Assembly: GCA_973895155.1 (NCBI GenBank)
Contig: OZ316892.1
Span: 21,825,619 to 21,889,618, forward strand
Reading direction: 5' to 3'
From: Marsupella aquatica
Lineage: Eukaryota > Plantae > Marchantiophyta
DNA: 64,000 nucleotides
A model generated the notes under the pieces. It was not told the origin of the DNA. It worked only from the letters and a program-made list of their open reading frames with translations, and made no database searches. Of this stretch, positions 49,045-62,760 are shown piece by piece. Every line of letters begins with the position of its first letter. Position 1 is the stretch's first letter. Position numbers and translations under genes: made by a program.

Positions 49045-52000
49045 TCAAGCAGAGATGGGTTCATAAGGATATGAAAGCCAAGGGTGTTTAAGGGCTTCTG
49101 CTGCAGTGGGCCTACTTGCCGGGCTAATTTGCAGCAAAAACCCAACAAATTCAACGAATCCTTGGTCTCCCATGGGAAGGCGGTGAGCTAATGAGGTTTT
49201 CTTTGGCAACAAATACTCCAACTGCTCCGTTTCCTGCCAGATGTCCAACACCCCAATTCAGTGCTTCGCAAACGAATCAACCCACTGGTTGTTGAAAGAT
49301 GCACTTATGTAGAGACGACATACACTGAATTCTGAAATAATGTACAAAATGGAGACTCCACGGAAATTAGCTACTCTAGCTAGACGACAAATGTCTGCCA
49401 TCGGGATGAATATAACGAACAATTGTTAGATCACGGTGGATAATAAGCTGCAAACGATTTGACACCGTACAACCACTATGTGCTTTCTCATCTGCCGTTT
49501 GCCTTATCCGATATGGAAAAATAAACTAAATCGACAAAAACAACTGACAGGACTGACCAATAAAGGTACAAAACCAATCTGACAGATACATCCAGGAGAA
49601 TCGTAGGACGAACCTGATTTCGCTCATACAACATGTGATTCTTAGTAAATAATTTATGGGCATCGCGCCCTTTCGCTAGCATTTCTGGATCGATAGGTCC
49701 AAGAATCCCTACAACTCTTGCAAGCAAAGTTGCTAGGGAGTCATTTTGGAAAAGAACCTGCAAACGCAAGACCGTCAGTCCTAAGTTCATGTCACGAACC
49801 TCCTTATTGGATGTGACGACTAGAAGACAGGTCACAAGGATAAAATCATCACACGTTGACAATACCAAGCTTGAGTGAAAATATCCCAGACCAAGCCAAA
49901 ATATAATCAAAGGATATGCACATTGATCACAGAAATGAATTAACAGCACTCACATTGCCGGAGCAAAGCTCTGCTAGTATGCAGCCAAGAGACCACATAT
50001 CAATCTTCTGGTTGTAGGGTAATCCAAGGATAACTTCTGGTGCCCTGTATGACCTCGACTGCACATAGGAGCAAAGATGATCGGTCTGGAAGCAGCTACT
50101 ACCCAGATCAATGACCTTCACCTCACAACGGCTGTAACTTTTTACTAAAATATTTTCGGGCTTCAGATCGCAATGTATGAGCTTAAGTCCGTGAATGAAG
50201 TCCAACGCCTCCAAGCACTGGCGAGTTATAGACTGTCAAATCAGAAAGTCCGTTGTCAATTACCGCAGAAAATAGATTTCAATGCCAAAATCCGACATTT
50301 TGTTTTCCAACCTCAAATTTGGTTGATCACAAGTGCATAACAAGGGAATACATACCAATTATTTCTACGCAAAGAGAACATGGAACATACAACATGCGAA
50401 GTCTCCATTACACAGATATCGACCGGCGTATAGGCAACCAACAATGATTTTAAAGCGTTCCCACTGAACTCATATCTAGGTCGTCAATTTGGACGGTATG
50501 TCCTCGCAGTAAAAATTCAGATTGAGAGAAACTTTTACCTGCAATCGCGGCATGGTGAAGTATACCTCCCCTCCAGACTCTCGATTATACTTATGAAATT
50601 CGTATAGATTAGCTCGCAAAAGCTCACATACAATGAAAAGATGTTCCTGCATTGACGCCCACATCACCGTTAAAGCCATGCTACGTCAAATACATCGATT
50701 AGTACTTCTTGATGAAACCAAATTTTCATACTTTGACAATGGCCATAGATTTCAGCACCCAAGTAATCATGTATCCTCTGAATGCCCAGAGGATAACTCA
50801 AGGTGGTATTCCTGTTTCTGATAGATTGAAGAAAATGAGGGGACAACCATTTCACGGGAATAGTGAATTCACTAATATACTAAAAATGCAGACAGCTGCT
50901 TGTATACTCAGATATTAAGGATAAAGGACCAGCGAGTGAGGACGTTCGAATACCCGATGGTAAAAGTAGTCATAAAGGCGTAAAACGTGATGTTTGTCTC
51001 CTGGGTCGTGCTTGTTGATGTATTTCAAGAGCTTTATCTCATCCAGACTTTGATCAAAAAAGTCCTTGTTGTTTTTTATGATCTTCATACAGACATCCAT
51101 TCCTGTGTGCAAATCGTGTGCTTGTATGGCTTTGCTGAAAGCAGCTGAACCCAAGTATTCGGTCACATGATAACGCCCAGCAATGACAGAATTTATGACA
51201 ACTGGAAAATCTTTGTCCTCTTCAAACCCAGTTCTGCCAAATACAAGAGTCGAGTGAGATGTCATGCGGGCTAACACGGCATTGCATGAACATCATCAAT
51301 ATCAGCGACACTTGCATCACCTTAAACTGATTCCTCACAATCACCATTGAAGGAATTAACCTGGGGCAATTCAGGTAACAAAAGCCATTTTGCATATACT
51401 ATAAAAACATCTATCTGGCAAGATAGAAAAATATGTGAAGGATAAGAGGAGTAGATTCGACGAGACTTGAGAATCAAGACCTGTTCTTTCTATGAACAAT
51501 CTTCAGGTTGAAAGTCTCAAACTCCTCTTCCTCGGCTCGTATTCTCCGAATCTGCTCTTGAACAGCAGCGGCTTCCTCGTCATCTGCAGCCACTGCATCT
51601 GCTTCTTCTTTGGTAATGTCGTTGATCTCGATTTCGTCGTCCTCCACTTCCTTCGCTTCCCCACTTCCATAGCCGTCAGTGGATCGAGCCGAGATCATAG
51701 AATCTGTTGACAGAGTCAAATTCCGAAGGGTCTCATTCCGGGGGCTTATGATTGGGGACGATTCGTTGCTCTTTCGTTTCCATACAGCGAGAGTGTCATC
51801 TGGACCGACAATTCCATTAGCATATTCATCACCCTCGTCACCTCTACCCGGGGTAACAATATCCCTTACTGACCATAACGATTTCCCCGAATCAGCTCTT
51901 GACATCACAGCAATTTCCCCTGCACTAGAAGGAGATGGGAAAGAGAACCCTCCGAACCCAAAACCACCCATTTCCTGCTGTTCCTGGAAATGAATTTCTC

Positions 52001-55000
52001 CATTCCCATTGCTCCCCTTACTTGCACTCTTTTCTTGCTCAAATAACCGATCAGAAATCTGCCTTTCAACATTTTCCCTCTTATGGGACCAGGTTTGGTT
52101 GTAATATCTAAGAATCATTTCATGATCAACTTCCTCTTCATCAGGATTCCTACCGGACGCATCGCTGATGACGTCCTGACTACCTTTCATATCATTGAAA
52201 ATATGTTTAGGAGAGCCATCTTTTCTAATATCTTTACTATGAGCTGATCCATATCCCTCACGACCTTTGAGGCTCTCTAACTCCCCTTCACTGCTCCCAC
52301 CAACAACACTCCCCCTAACTTCGCTTCCAAACTCAGCCACTTCACTGCTAATTCCGACACCACCTGACCTGACAGAACGGACATCCTCCCGGGATCTCTC
52401 GTGCACAACTTTGTCCTCTCCTTCCACACGACGACTCTCTTGAGAAGGAAAACCCTGCCAAACTGGCTCCCCACGGATCAGATTAAGTTCCTCCACATCC
52501 AGAAGCTGCCCATCATAATCAGTTGTCTCACGCAATTGAGCCCCAGTCTGCCTCCTCAAAGCCCCATTTTGACTCTCTTCGACACGACTGTACAATTCAC
52601 TGGCCCCAAGTCGTTCAACTTCATTTTGATCCTCTCTGCGCTCACCTCTCTTGGTCCGATAATACTCTTCTCCGGAAAAATACGACTCTTCCTCCAAGAT
52701 TGACCGGTCATCGTCCTCGTACTTACCGTAATCTTTGTCATGATGACTTCGACTGCTCTCCAAACCCGAGTTGGATCTCTCATCGGGGTAGTCAATTTCA
52801 TGAGCTAGGAACCATTCTTCATCGTCTATTGGCTGCCTGTGGTAACCAGGGTCATCATCGTCATCGTAAGTATCTGAATCCCAATACTCATTGGGGTATT
52901 CCACCAAAGATTCGGTTTGACCATCCCCAGCTGTTGCAAAGCCCGAAAGCCTTTCCGATGCATCTTCAACGATGCCTTGGCTGACAGACGGTCGGCTTTC
53001 TCCACTTAACCTCCTAGCTCCTGCACAATACCAAACACCAAGAGAACCGGCCTGACCATTAATACCCTGCCCCTCTCCTAAGGAAAATCTCATTTCAGCT
53101 ATGGTTACCATGGTGAGATGAGAGCAATTCAGGAGCGATGCGAGCGGTTCACCACGAGTGCGCAGCTCTTGTGAGTACCCGAACTGAAAAGTAGTAACTA
53201 AGCTCAAAAACCACTGCAAGGACGCTAACACAAGGTCCTTGTAATATAAACCTTTACACACACAACGACGCAGCGAAATTTCTAGAGATGAACGAGCACG
53301 GCTGACCTCCTCGCCTGATAACCTCATCACATGAGAGATTATACAGTTTGTCTTGGATAGTTTCATGACACTAATTTATCATCTTTTCTGTCCCAGTTCT
53401 GAACGGACCAAGATACAAGAAACTTTAATCCAAAGGAATCCTCAACGGAATTCACGTTCTTGATGCTATTCGATGAAGGCTTACCTGACGAGCAGACGTC
53501 CTGCCCCACAGGAATATCCAAATACGAGCCCAATCCAAATGCAGCCTCAGAAGAACCTCCCACGTTGACACTGACAACTGCTTCGGTGGAAGGTTTTGAA
53601 TTGGACCCTACATGACCATCCTTTGAAATATCTGTAGTTTTAGAGTCACCTGATCTAAGTCTTACAGGAGGAAGCCGGGGCAGCTCCTCCTGTGCGTCGG
53701 TGGTATTCCTTGAAGACTCCTCTCGGCTTCTCAGACCGCCGTCTGCACTCCTAGACCTTTCTCTCGGGACGATTGGGGTTTCTACGGCTTTCACACTTCC
53801 TTGAGGTGCTTTGTCCTCCTGTGCAGGGCTTTTCTCCACTTCCTGACTACTAAATGGTTCCCCCAAAGGAGGTGAACTTGTGAGCTCCTCCGCAACCGGT
53901 AGAGGTAAGCCAGTCTTGATGGGCACATCCTTCCAAGAGCCCTTTCCAGCATTCTTTCTAGCCCCGCCACCGTTCTCGACGACTCCTTTTTCCTTCGAGC
54001 CAGTCACTTGAGACCCTGCATTACTCTTGATATGCGACAAATCACCGGCATCCTCTGGCAGACTATGAACCTTCGGAGGCCTTTCATTACTCATCAGCTT
54101 GCGGACTAACATTGGCTTTTCGTTGTGACTTAGTCCATTGTCAAACAGCATGATATCATCTGTGATGTCATGCTTCGCTTGCCAATTTTCATTCTCAGAG
54201 ACAGGTCTCTTCTGAACTGTTACTGGAGTCGCCTTTTGAGGAACAACATGCACCGGTAACTGAGCACTTGATCTGTCCAGACCAATAGTTCCAATCCACT
54301 GGGGACTGTCAAGGGGATCGACTTCCTCTTCGTCTGTCTGCTGAGATCCGACCAGTCTTACCTCCTCGAAGCTCACATCTTCCGGTTTCCAAAGGTCAGG
54401 CCTTATCACGTCATCGTCAATAACCTGAAAGTCGACCAACTCCCCTGGACTCAACTCTTCACTTTCAAACGCTGGATCATCATACACCGGGGCCGCTGTG
54501 ACGCCCTCTTTTCGTGCGTTTTGCTCGCTGAATGCGCCTTTTAAACTGGGAACCGCCTTCTTGAAATGGGGCGCTGCTAAAGTGAACGTTGATGAATGAA
54601 TAGGAAATTCTTGGGTTTCAAGCGTTTCTTGCCCTGAGTTCACATCGGTCTCTATTCCCACCGCAGCTCCGCGTAAAAATGCGGACATCAAGAGCGTCGG
54701 AGAACTAGGGGACTGAGGAGATTCAACATTATCCAGGCCAGAATCAACGAACAGTGCTTTCTCTGGGACAGAAAAAGACCTCTCATGGAATGAGTGCCCG
54801 TCATGCACGTCCGACCGCCCATGAATGAAATTGAATCCTGGCGACGCAACTTTCGATCTCTCGGGTGAGGCAACTGGAAACAAGGGCTCAGGACAGAAAA
54901 TTTCTGACTCCGCTAGATCTCTAGTCTGCATGGCTTGGAAGAAGCCCCGTGCAGATAGGTCGAACTCATCACTGAGGCCCAGAGATAAAGGGCCATTAAT

Positions 55001-55099
55001 TTTCTCTCGCGCATTCAGCTCTGATCTCAGAGCGTTCTCAGCCACGGAGAAATTGTTCTTCTGCAGAAACTCTAGGACCGCGCTAATCGAGTCTGCCAT
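49045..55099 (-). CDS. DYRKP: Plant-specific DYRK-family dual-specificity kinase (DYRKP), ~1384 aa
   Basis: Exons 55099-53485, 53020-51481, 51233-50954, 50646-50539, 50232-49954, 49757-49614, 49233-49045 (4155 nt, in frame). N-terminus [28 protein letters not shown]; [41 protein letters not shown] and [12 protein letters not shown] are DYRKP signatures. Confidence 0.95.
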
Positions 55100-55129
55100 T
55101 GCTCTCAAATAGTAAACACCTTCACACAC

Positions 55130-56755
55130 CTACGCGGAACGAACGAAATTTTCCACCCTCCTACATATCATTGAGAGTAGTAATGCTCCGGCCTCCATTG
55201 ATGTGAAAGGACAGTGTTACCGGCACCAAACCGGTGACTGTACTGTATGACAGCCTTAATCAACTGCCAAACCTGGAAGATGCACCCCTATTGTGTAAGC
55301 GCTGATTCCGGCGCTTCTCCGTCTATTACGCCTCCGCTTGCCGGCAAGACCAATCCATCAATAGCAGGGCATTTTCTACCGCAGACGAAGGCCTGAACGA
55401 TCAGGTCAGTAAATCACTGTGCACCGACAGTTCGCAGAGAATGAGTCCTTGGGGATTCACACAATCACTGCAGAGGACATTATGGCCGCTTTAATCCTCC
55501 AACTTGCCCTCGATAGAAATGGTCGACTTCGTGAACGGGTGGGAACTCTACCAAAAATCAAAAGCCAGGCCCCTGTATGCCAAAAATCTGTGCAGAACTT
55601 CTGTGCCTTTCAGTAACCTTCAGACGACACAAACCGCAGTTCACGATGAGTAAACGTCCTGGTACTAAAGCCTGCCCGTGACTTGAAGTACCCAGAGAGC
55701 AAGATCCAGTAAACAGTTAGGCTTCGTCAGGAACGCCTTCCAACTTCCTGTTCTGCCTCACACTACCACACTTCCACAGGGGAGTATAAGTGCCACCAAC
55801 AAAATCGCATCATTTGCAACAGCAACATTGTCTGCATTTCTTCAGATGAGTACCCAACGTATTGTTGGCGACATCGACCCCCTGAACGTGAGTGCTGGCG
55901 CCAAAGCTACCTACGGGGTGGAAAACGGGTAGAACAAAAGACGTGCGCAAGTATCAAAGGCTGCAGCCAACGACCACTTTCGCATCAAGAACTAGGATCA
56001 TCGACAGTTGCCACACAAACTGAGGCCGGAGGCAAGATGGTCAAGCTGGAGTAACAACCTCGTACAGTTTCATGTTTGCCCACCAACACAGCGCCCTGGT
56101 GGAGGCATTGTGGACACCCCCCAATGCTCCATTTCCAGTCCCACTAACCGGCCCCATGCCTCTTCCGAACCATCATCCCTGCTCCACATGAACCACCAAA
56201 CTTGGCAGGCAGGTGACAAGTTCCGACAGGCGGGGTGCACCACCACAATCGTGAGAGCACCAGCAGCGTAACAGATCCGAACAGACGCTTCACTCGGCAA
56301 TTATCCTCCTCGCAAATGACTAAAAACGAACTCCAGCCACACCCAGCCCCTCCCTTGCCTCCTCCGACAGGACAATACAACTCTTTCCTCCCTCTCGCTC
56401 TCGCTCGCCCGATTCGCTTCTCCCAATGAACACCCCACCAGAATGCAAAATTACTCCCCCGCGTGAAAAATCTTCCTTCACCGTGCCTACCCCCAACCTC
56501 CTCCCCTGGCTCTCCCCTGGCTCTCCCCAACTGTCTCACTCCATCCTCTCACCCTGTAAGAATTTCGTAACCACAGTATTTAGGGCACGCGAATCCGCCA
56601 TGATACCTCGACTCCAAGGCACGCCGAGACAAACGCAGAAACAGAGTGAAGTATCGCGAGTGGTCCGCCCCTCTCTGCCTCGGTGCCTCCCACCTCTCTC
56701 TCTCCGAGTCTCGTCAAGACGTCAAGATGACCACCCCATTATTTTTTTACCTTAC
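55130..56755 (-). other. Probable 5'-UTR intron of the DYRKP gene
   Basis: Donor CGG|GTAAGG at 56755 and acceptor CGTAG|GTG at 55130, 30 nt upstream of the ATG. Additional UTR exons cannot be excluded. Confidence 0.5.
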
Positions 56756-59700
56756 CCGCTCTGCCAGCAATTCGCACATCAAACTGCACTTCCGCTGTTC
56801 CCCCACCACGACTGCTGCTGCTGCTGCACCACCGCTCCACTTGCTCCTCCTCCACCTACTCACTCAAACTCCTCATCAGAGGCCACTCTGCCTCCCTCAT
56901 CGCTGGCTCTCTGACCCGCCTGCCTCCCTCCCCTGCCTGCCTAGCCTTGTTGCTTCGCATGGCCTGTTGGTTCTGCCACTCCCACTGCCTGCCTGCCTGC
57001 CTTGCCTGCCTGCTGCAGCTGCACAACAACCACCTCGTAAGTCCGAAGCGTCCCGTCCGAACGAGACAGGCAGGGCAGCAACGGAAAAGCAGGTCCCAGC
57101 TCCACTTCGACTCCCTCACCTAGGCCTGGCCCAGTTCAACTTCGACTCCCTCGCCTATGCCTGTTTCTGCCCCTCGCCCACTCACTCCTTTTTGTATACA
57201 GTATTCATGTTGCGAGGACATTAAGGGATATTAGTTCATTTTCAGTGCAATGCAAGCAAGGCATAAAATAACCTTTAGGGTAATGATGGATTGGTCTGGG
57301 GTTTACTAGTATGTGACCAGAAAGTGAGGAAATGCTGATCGGTGGCAGCCAGGAAGGTTTTATGAGCTTTGTGGGAATAGGTTTCAGACTAGAATCCCAA
57401 CCCAAACACCCAAACAGTCATTATCATATGTAATACCTGTCCAGAAAAAAAGATTACCAGGCAAAGGGTTATGGAAATGGTGGCACTTGGTAGAAAAAGT
57501 TACACACCGATAACCTTTCTTCCTGGCAGGAATTACGTCAATGCATGAGATGGTGTCATGCAAAGATGTCAATGTGTAAAAATGTTGTTGCAGGAAAAAA
57601 TTCTTTGCATATAGTGATAGGAAATATATTGTTAATGTCATGGAGGAAATGACGTGGTTACATAACAAAAGTTGTTTGGCAAAAAATGTCATTGACATTG
57701 TTCCACAAAAGATTGTTGTATTTAGGGCTATATAGCTTAAAAAATGTTGTATAAAGGATGTACTTGTGCAAACATGTCTTGAAGGAAAAGACATTGCTAT
57801 CTAAAAGAAATTGTTATCTAAAGGCAAGCACTTGGGCAAAGGCTAATAAGAGGCTATATCTGGCTTTCTAGAAGAAAATGTGGAAGATTGGCCCACTTGA
57901 TTCACAAAAATGAGTGTGTTTCAGTTTGTGGAAAATGTCACAAACAGGATACCCAGGACTGATATGGATGGACCACTTTTGGGACTTTGTGTAATTGGTG
58001 CAAAGTAGCTATTTTTTCGTTTGACCAATTTTGTTGGTCTCCTCCTTACTTTGGTTCCTTCCCAAAAAAAATGGCACAGCAAATTTGTAAAATGATCACT
58101 GAAATAACGGGTGAGATATTGTATTCTAGGTGTTAATAATGCCACAAAAAAATCATGTTCAGACGAGACTTTTTATTCTAGGTTTTAATAATGCCACAAA
58201 AAGTCATGTTCAGACTGCATTATGGGATAGAATGCCACAAAAGTAACTATAGTAAAGCTTCAGTTCAGGTTTTGAGAGGCTATTATTGCCCATAATGCTC
58301 CTTGAACAGGCCCTTTTTACACGCAACTGCCTGAGATATTTTCTTTTAACTTTAGTAAAAATAGAAGAGAATCTTCTTAAAGGGGTGATCCATATCCAAA
58401 AACCCAATGTACGATAACTTTATTATGAAAGAAGTTGCCTCTTCTTAATTTTTTAGCGGTTTGCATAGTACTCAAGAAAAAAGTCAAGCACAATAAGGTA
58501 GCAAAGAATTTCAATGCAATGTCTAAATAGATGCTCTTCGGTTTTAGCTTGCATTCTTCGTGTTGTGGTTGATACCGTGGGCTAACATTGAACTTAATTT
58601 CTCCACTTTTGTTTCCGAACTACAAGCTCGTTGTCCCTTTAGGTCCTTCGATTTTATATGATTGGTTGTTCGGCTTTCCTTTGCCTAGAAAATCCAACTT
58701 AAATGATGGCAGTAAGAAATGTTTGTTTCTGTTTTTCGCATCTCCTGTTTTTCGCATCTCCTGTGATTTACAAGCGAGTCAAGTGGGGCACGACTCTTTC
58801 GTTGTATTTTTCTTTGGCTTCAACGCACACATTTCGGCTGGTGGTGGTAGGCTTCTGCTTGAGCACTCCACCTAGCTTGAGATTTTGAGGGAATGTCATA
58901 TCTCACTTTTTCCTTTTGGCACACTTTGGATCTCGTTTGCAGATATGATTTAATTATTGTTATTTACATGGATGCGTAGTGCTCTCTAGTACACTATTGG
59001 AGCGTTCTATGCCTAGGATGTTTCGAAATGTGACCCCAGATGTGATGCACGTGTTGTTTTTGGAGGTACTGTAACTTTTTACCAACCAGAAAACGCACAA
59101 TCTTTTCCAAAAAACTCACTATAGGACTCAACCAAAGGAGGACACTGCAATCAGAGACATCCAGAATGGGGTCAGATGGTAGAAACAACTCCAAATGCCG
59201 GCACAAACAAGCAAACCTAGGGGCAAAGTCAAGAAGGGTTTGTTGAGAACTAGCAAATAACTTGGCTAATAACACGTGCCTTTAATGTAGGCACTTCTCC
59301 CAATTTATATAGACTTCTAAAAAGTAGAACATTTAATTTGTTGGTAAAAGTTGCATTGAGACCAAAAAATCCTAGGTCACATTACCATTGAGATCACCTT
59401 CTACCCTGCTTAATCTACATTGTCGAATTTGAGTTCCCAATAATTGCCACTGTTGAAGTTAATAACACCTCTATTGTAGAGCTGAGTTGATTTATATAAG
59501 TAGTTGCAACCATTAAACTCACTTGTGTATGTAGATACTATGGTAGCCAGCTTCTCACTAGGCCGCTCTTTAGTTTCCATCCTCACACTGTAGATTTGGC
59601 TAAATGATTTAAATCCAGACAGGCTTGTTCTACATTCAGGGTGTCCACATTGGTGCTTCCAGTTTCAGATTACTTGGTATATGTAAGGACCACTTTTACA

Positions 59701-61864
59701 AGATGGACGTGGCAATTTAGTCTCTCTTTTTTAGGATCGAATCAATCACGATTGTTGTTTCAGCCTGCCCGGGCACTCCTTGCTTTAGAAGACTGGCGCA
59801 GCAAGTTGAGCTGCGGGAACAACCGAACCTGCATTCTGGTATGGATCAGCCGGCTCAGGACTCTCACCCGGGCGCTAGACTATCAGACCTCCGAAGGTGC
59901 GAAAATGGGCAGGCCGCTTTCTCCTACGATTCCTGTCTTGGTCTGGTCTAGAGTCCTACCATACACGAAAAGTTGGGCTCTGTTACAGCCCTGGTAGAAA
60001 GCACTCAAATTGCCGCACCCGTCTTGTAAAGTGGCCCTAAGCTAAAGGTTATCAAATGGATGCAACAATTCTTGGGGGTGGTGTGGGCTAGTAGTTGATT
60101 CTTACATAGTTTCTAATTGTTTTTCCTCAGTTCCTCAGCCGGTATATTTCTGGCTCCTGGGCGCTTTTTGGTTAGGCTTGTTGTGCCTGATCTCATACCT
60201 CTAGCTTTGACTTGTGACTGTTTTGCATCCTTTGCTTTTGGTGTATACAGAAGCAGGTTTCCCAAAAGCAGTTGCACGGTTACTCAGCTCGAGTGGGTTT
60301 TCACCCTCACGAGAAAAAAAACCATCACACCTTTTTGCTGATGGTTTTTTGGCATTATTTTACTCCCTCACTCTTCTTTGGTAACTTTTGTTGGTTTTTA
60401 TTAATCCTAAGCAATAAACCAACTCGGGAAACCAAGTATCGAGTTTGAGTCTCTTGGCCTAATTACTGGGGCTGGCTTTCCCTTTTCCAAAAACAAAAAC
60501 AGCTACTTTATTCATTAATTATTCATTTTACTATAAAAGAGGCCAAATCCAAAAGGAGGACTCCAGATACTAAAAAAAAAGCCCAAAAACTAGCAGTCAG
60601 GACAATCTATGGCGTATTATTATGGTGTTACCTTGTGGAGGTTTTCCCTGGCCTGCTATAGTAATTTCCCTGTGTCCCTTTGGGTAGCGGTCAAAGCCAG
60701 CAACGGACAATCTACATAGGGATTTCAGAGAAAAATTGACTTGACGAAGGTACAAATTAAAAACCCTCGAGGTGCATTTCGCGCTTTGTTATAATTTGAG
60801 CGTACTACAGAAAACAAAGAAACAATACTACAAAGTGGCTTTTTACCACAAATGCACCGAAACTGTAGAATCTTGCGTGTCCCAATACAGCACTCCATGA
60901 GCAGCTGGCGAGTTTACGTTGTTGAAAGCTTATTACTTTGGGTTGTTTCTTTCAACACGTTGGGTAACCTCGAAGCATACTTTCAAACCGCTTGTGTAGG
61001 TGCACAAGTTTTCTAACATTCAAGAAAAAGTAGGAATACTGTTGTCCTATGGGCGACTGAAGACACCATGGCAGGGTTAAGCAGGTCCTCCATACCAATT
61101 GGATCAATGTGACCATATTCATCCGCTAAAGTGTTGGAATCCACAAGGTTGGGAACATCATGTGACTGGGGGTTCTAGTGCAATTTCAAGAGTACATTGT
61201 GGGTTGCAGTGTGATGCAAAGATCTTCTCTGTAGAGAAGTTACTATGACCCATGGGGAGAGTATGATCAGATGACAATGAGTAAAAACTTTTGCAAGTTT
61301 GGATTTGTATTTTTAAGAAAATGTATTTTTCACTGTACACACCTTGCTTTGAGGAGGAAATTATGTAGTGACCCATCCATCTAGCCATGTGTAACTCAAA
61401 GTACAAAAGTCTTTCCACTAAAACCAGCAAATGGCCTAAAGTCCTGGTATTTTAGAGTCTTCTTCTTTCTTTACATACTATTGCATGACCTCAAGTTTGG
61501 GGATTTAACTTTTTCCATTTCTTTCCAAAACTTACTCAAGGTTTTGGAAAGATAAGGTATGGTTTTGGTTACGGGCATTGTGGGCCACAATGTCCCCTCA
61601 AACTCCGGCTAAGGCCCTTGTTTCGAGGGGTTGTATCTCATAATGCCCTCAAACCAGGACATCACCCTATTCAAAAACTATTTGCAATACCACTTCTTGA
61701 AACCTCACGTGACCTGCTGTATCAAGTTTGGCTTTGCAATTTTTAGAGGTCTAATGGTTAGAACTGATTTAAAAAAACTGAAGTTTCAAAGGATGATCTA
61801 CTGGCCAAGCTAGAGAAGAGGACTTTCACATAACCCAGAGAGACAACAACAAACTACAGTCCAA

Positions 61865-62189
61865 ACCAATTGGCTTAGGTCAATTGGCTAGGGGATTTGC
61901 CTGGAACTGAGAGGTCCCAGGTTCAATCCCCCCTCCACACACTGGGGTGTGGAGGGTATATGTGTCTGGATGGGATGGGTTTTGTGGGTAGTGGATTGGA
62001 ATTCTAATTATCTGCTCGGCCCCTGGTTGCCCACTTTGTGGCCCAGATGTAATCCTCTTTCCTTCTTGGTGCGGGTCCCTGTCGGATCCGTTGGGGCTCA
62101 CCCTGGTCTGGGTTCCCTACTGTCACATTGGGGTGGGGGGAGTCTAATTGTATTTCCTCCCCATTTCCGTTCAAGACAAAAAAAAACAA
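61865..62189 (+). mobile_element. tRNA-derived SINE with 17-bp TSD
   Basis: TSD AACAAACTACAGTCCAA at 61848-61864 and 62190-62206; A-box-like TGGCTTAGGTCAATTGG at 61871; B box GGTTCAATCCC at 61920-61930; A-rich tail. Confidence 0.9.
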
Positions 62190-62236
62190 AACAAACTACA
62201 GTCCAAGCATTGAATATGAGAATCAGGGGCTAAGAA

Positions 62237-62760
62237 CTTTTTTTGTTGCCTTGAACATCCAAAACTGACCCATCCAACAAGGATAGACAATCAACTCCAC
62301 AGCATGCACCCACAAGGGGAATTACACCCAATACTAGGAGGGAGTGAGGGTCAGACCAGAGCCCCAAAGCAGACCAGGGCTAGCAACTCTTGGTAACGTG
62401 TGAGAGGCATTCAAGAGCCCTAAAGATTCCTAATAGATGTGGAGGGGATGTTTCAATTGACTTTTTATAGACCTCAAGAGCTGGTCTAATTAAGTACCTT
62501 TCCACTCAACCGTGACACATCAATATGTCACAACAAAAATCTAGGGCCCCACTGAAACCCAATGATTGGCAATCTCCAATCTTATGTAAAGCCAAGTTTC
62601 CCCAAAAAACCTGGTCCAATGATACACATTTGTTTTGTTGGTTTTTGGTTGAAAGTAGGAACGGAGCCCCAACGTCAATAACAAGAGGCAAAAGCTAGAA
62701 GAGGGCCAAAACCCAAGAGGGCCCCAGCAGCTGGGAAAAGGTGCTCAAGCAGAGATAAGA
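62237..62760 (-). mobile_element. 5'-truncated copy of the L1 family seen at 12548 (3' end only)
   Basis: The T-tract plus GTTGCCTTGAACATCCAA...CAGCATGCACCCACAAGGG resembles T11-GCCTTGAAACATCCAA...CAACATGGTGGCCCACAAAGG at 12548-12622. The right boundary is approximate. Confidence 0.6.

Noticed and set aside
56008-57224. Multiple 60-190-aa ORFs upstream of DYRKP
   Set aside because: Low-complexity C/T-rich leader or promoter sequence; no coding signature or recognizable conserved uORF.
57380-57900. Possible piggyBac-like or other transposase relic (LHTDNLSS)
   Set aside because: No catalytic triad or TIRs identifiable; heavily interrupted.
61865-61940. Possible tRNA gene
   Set aside because: It has A/B boxes but no acceptor stem or cloverleaf, and it has a body, A-tail and TSD, so it is a SINE.
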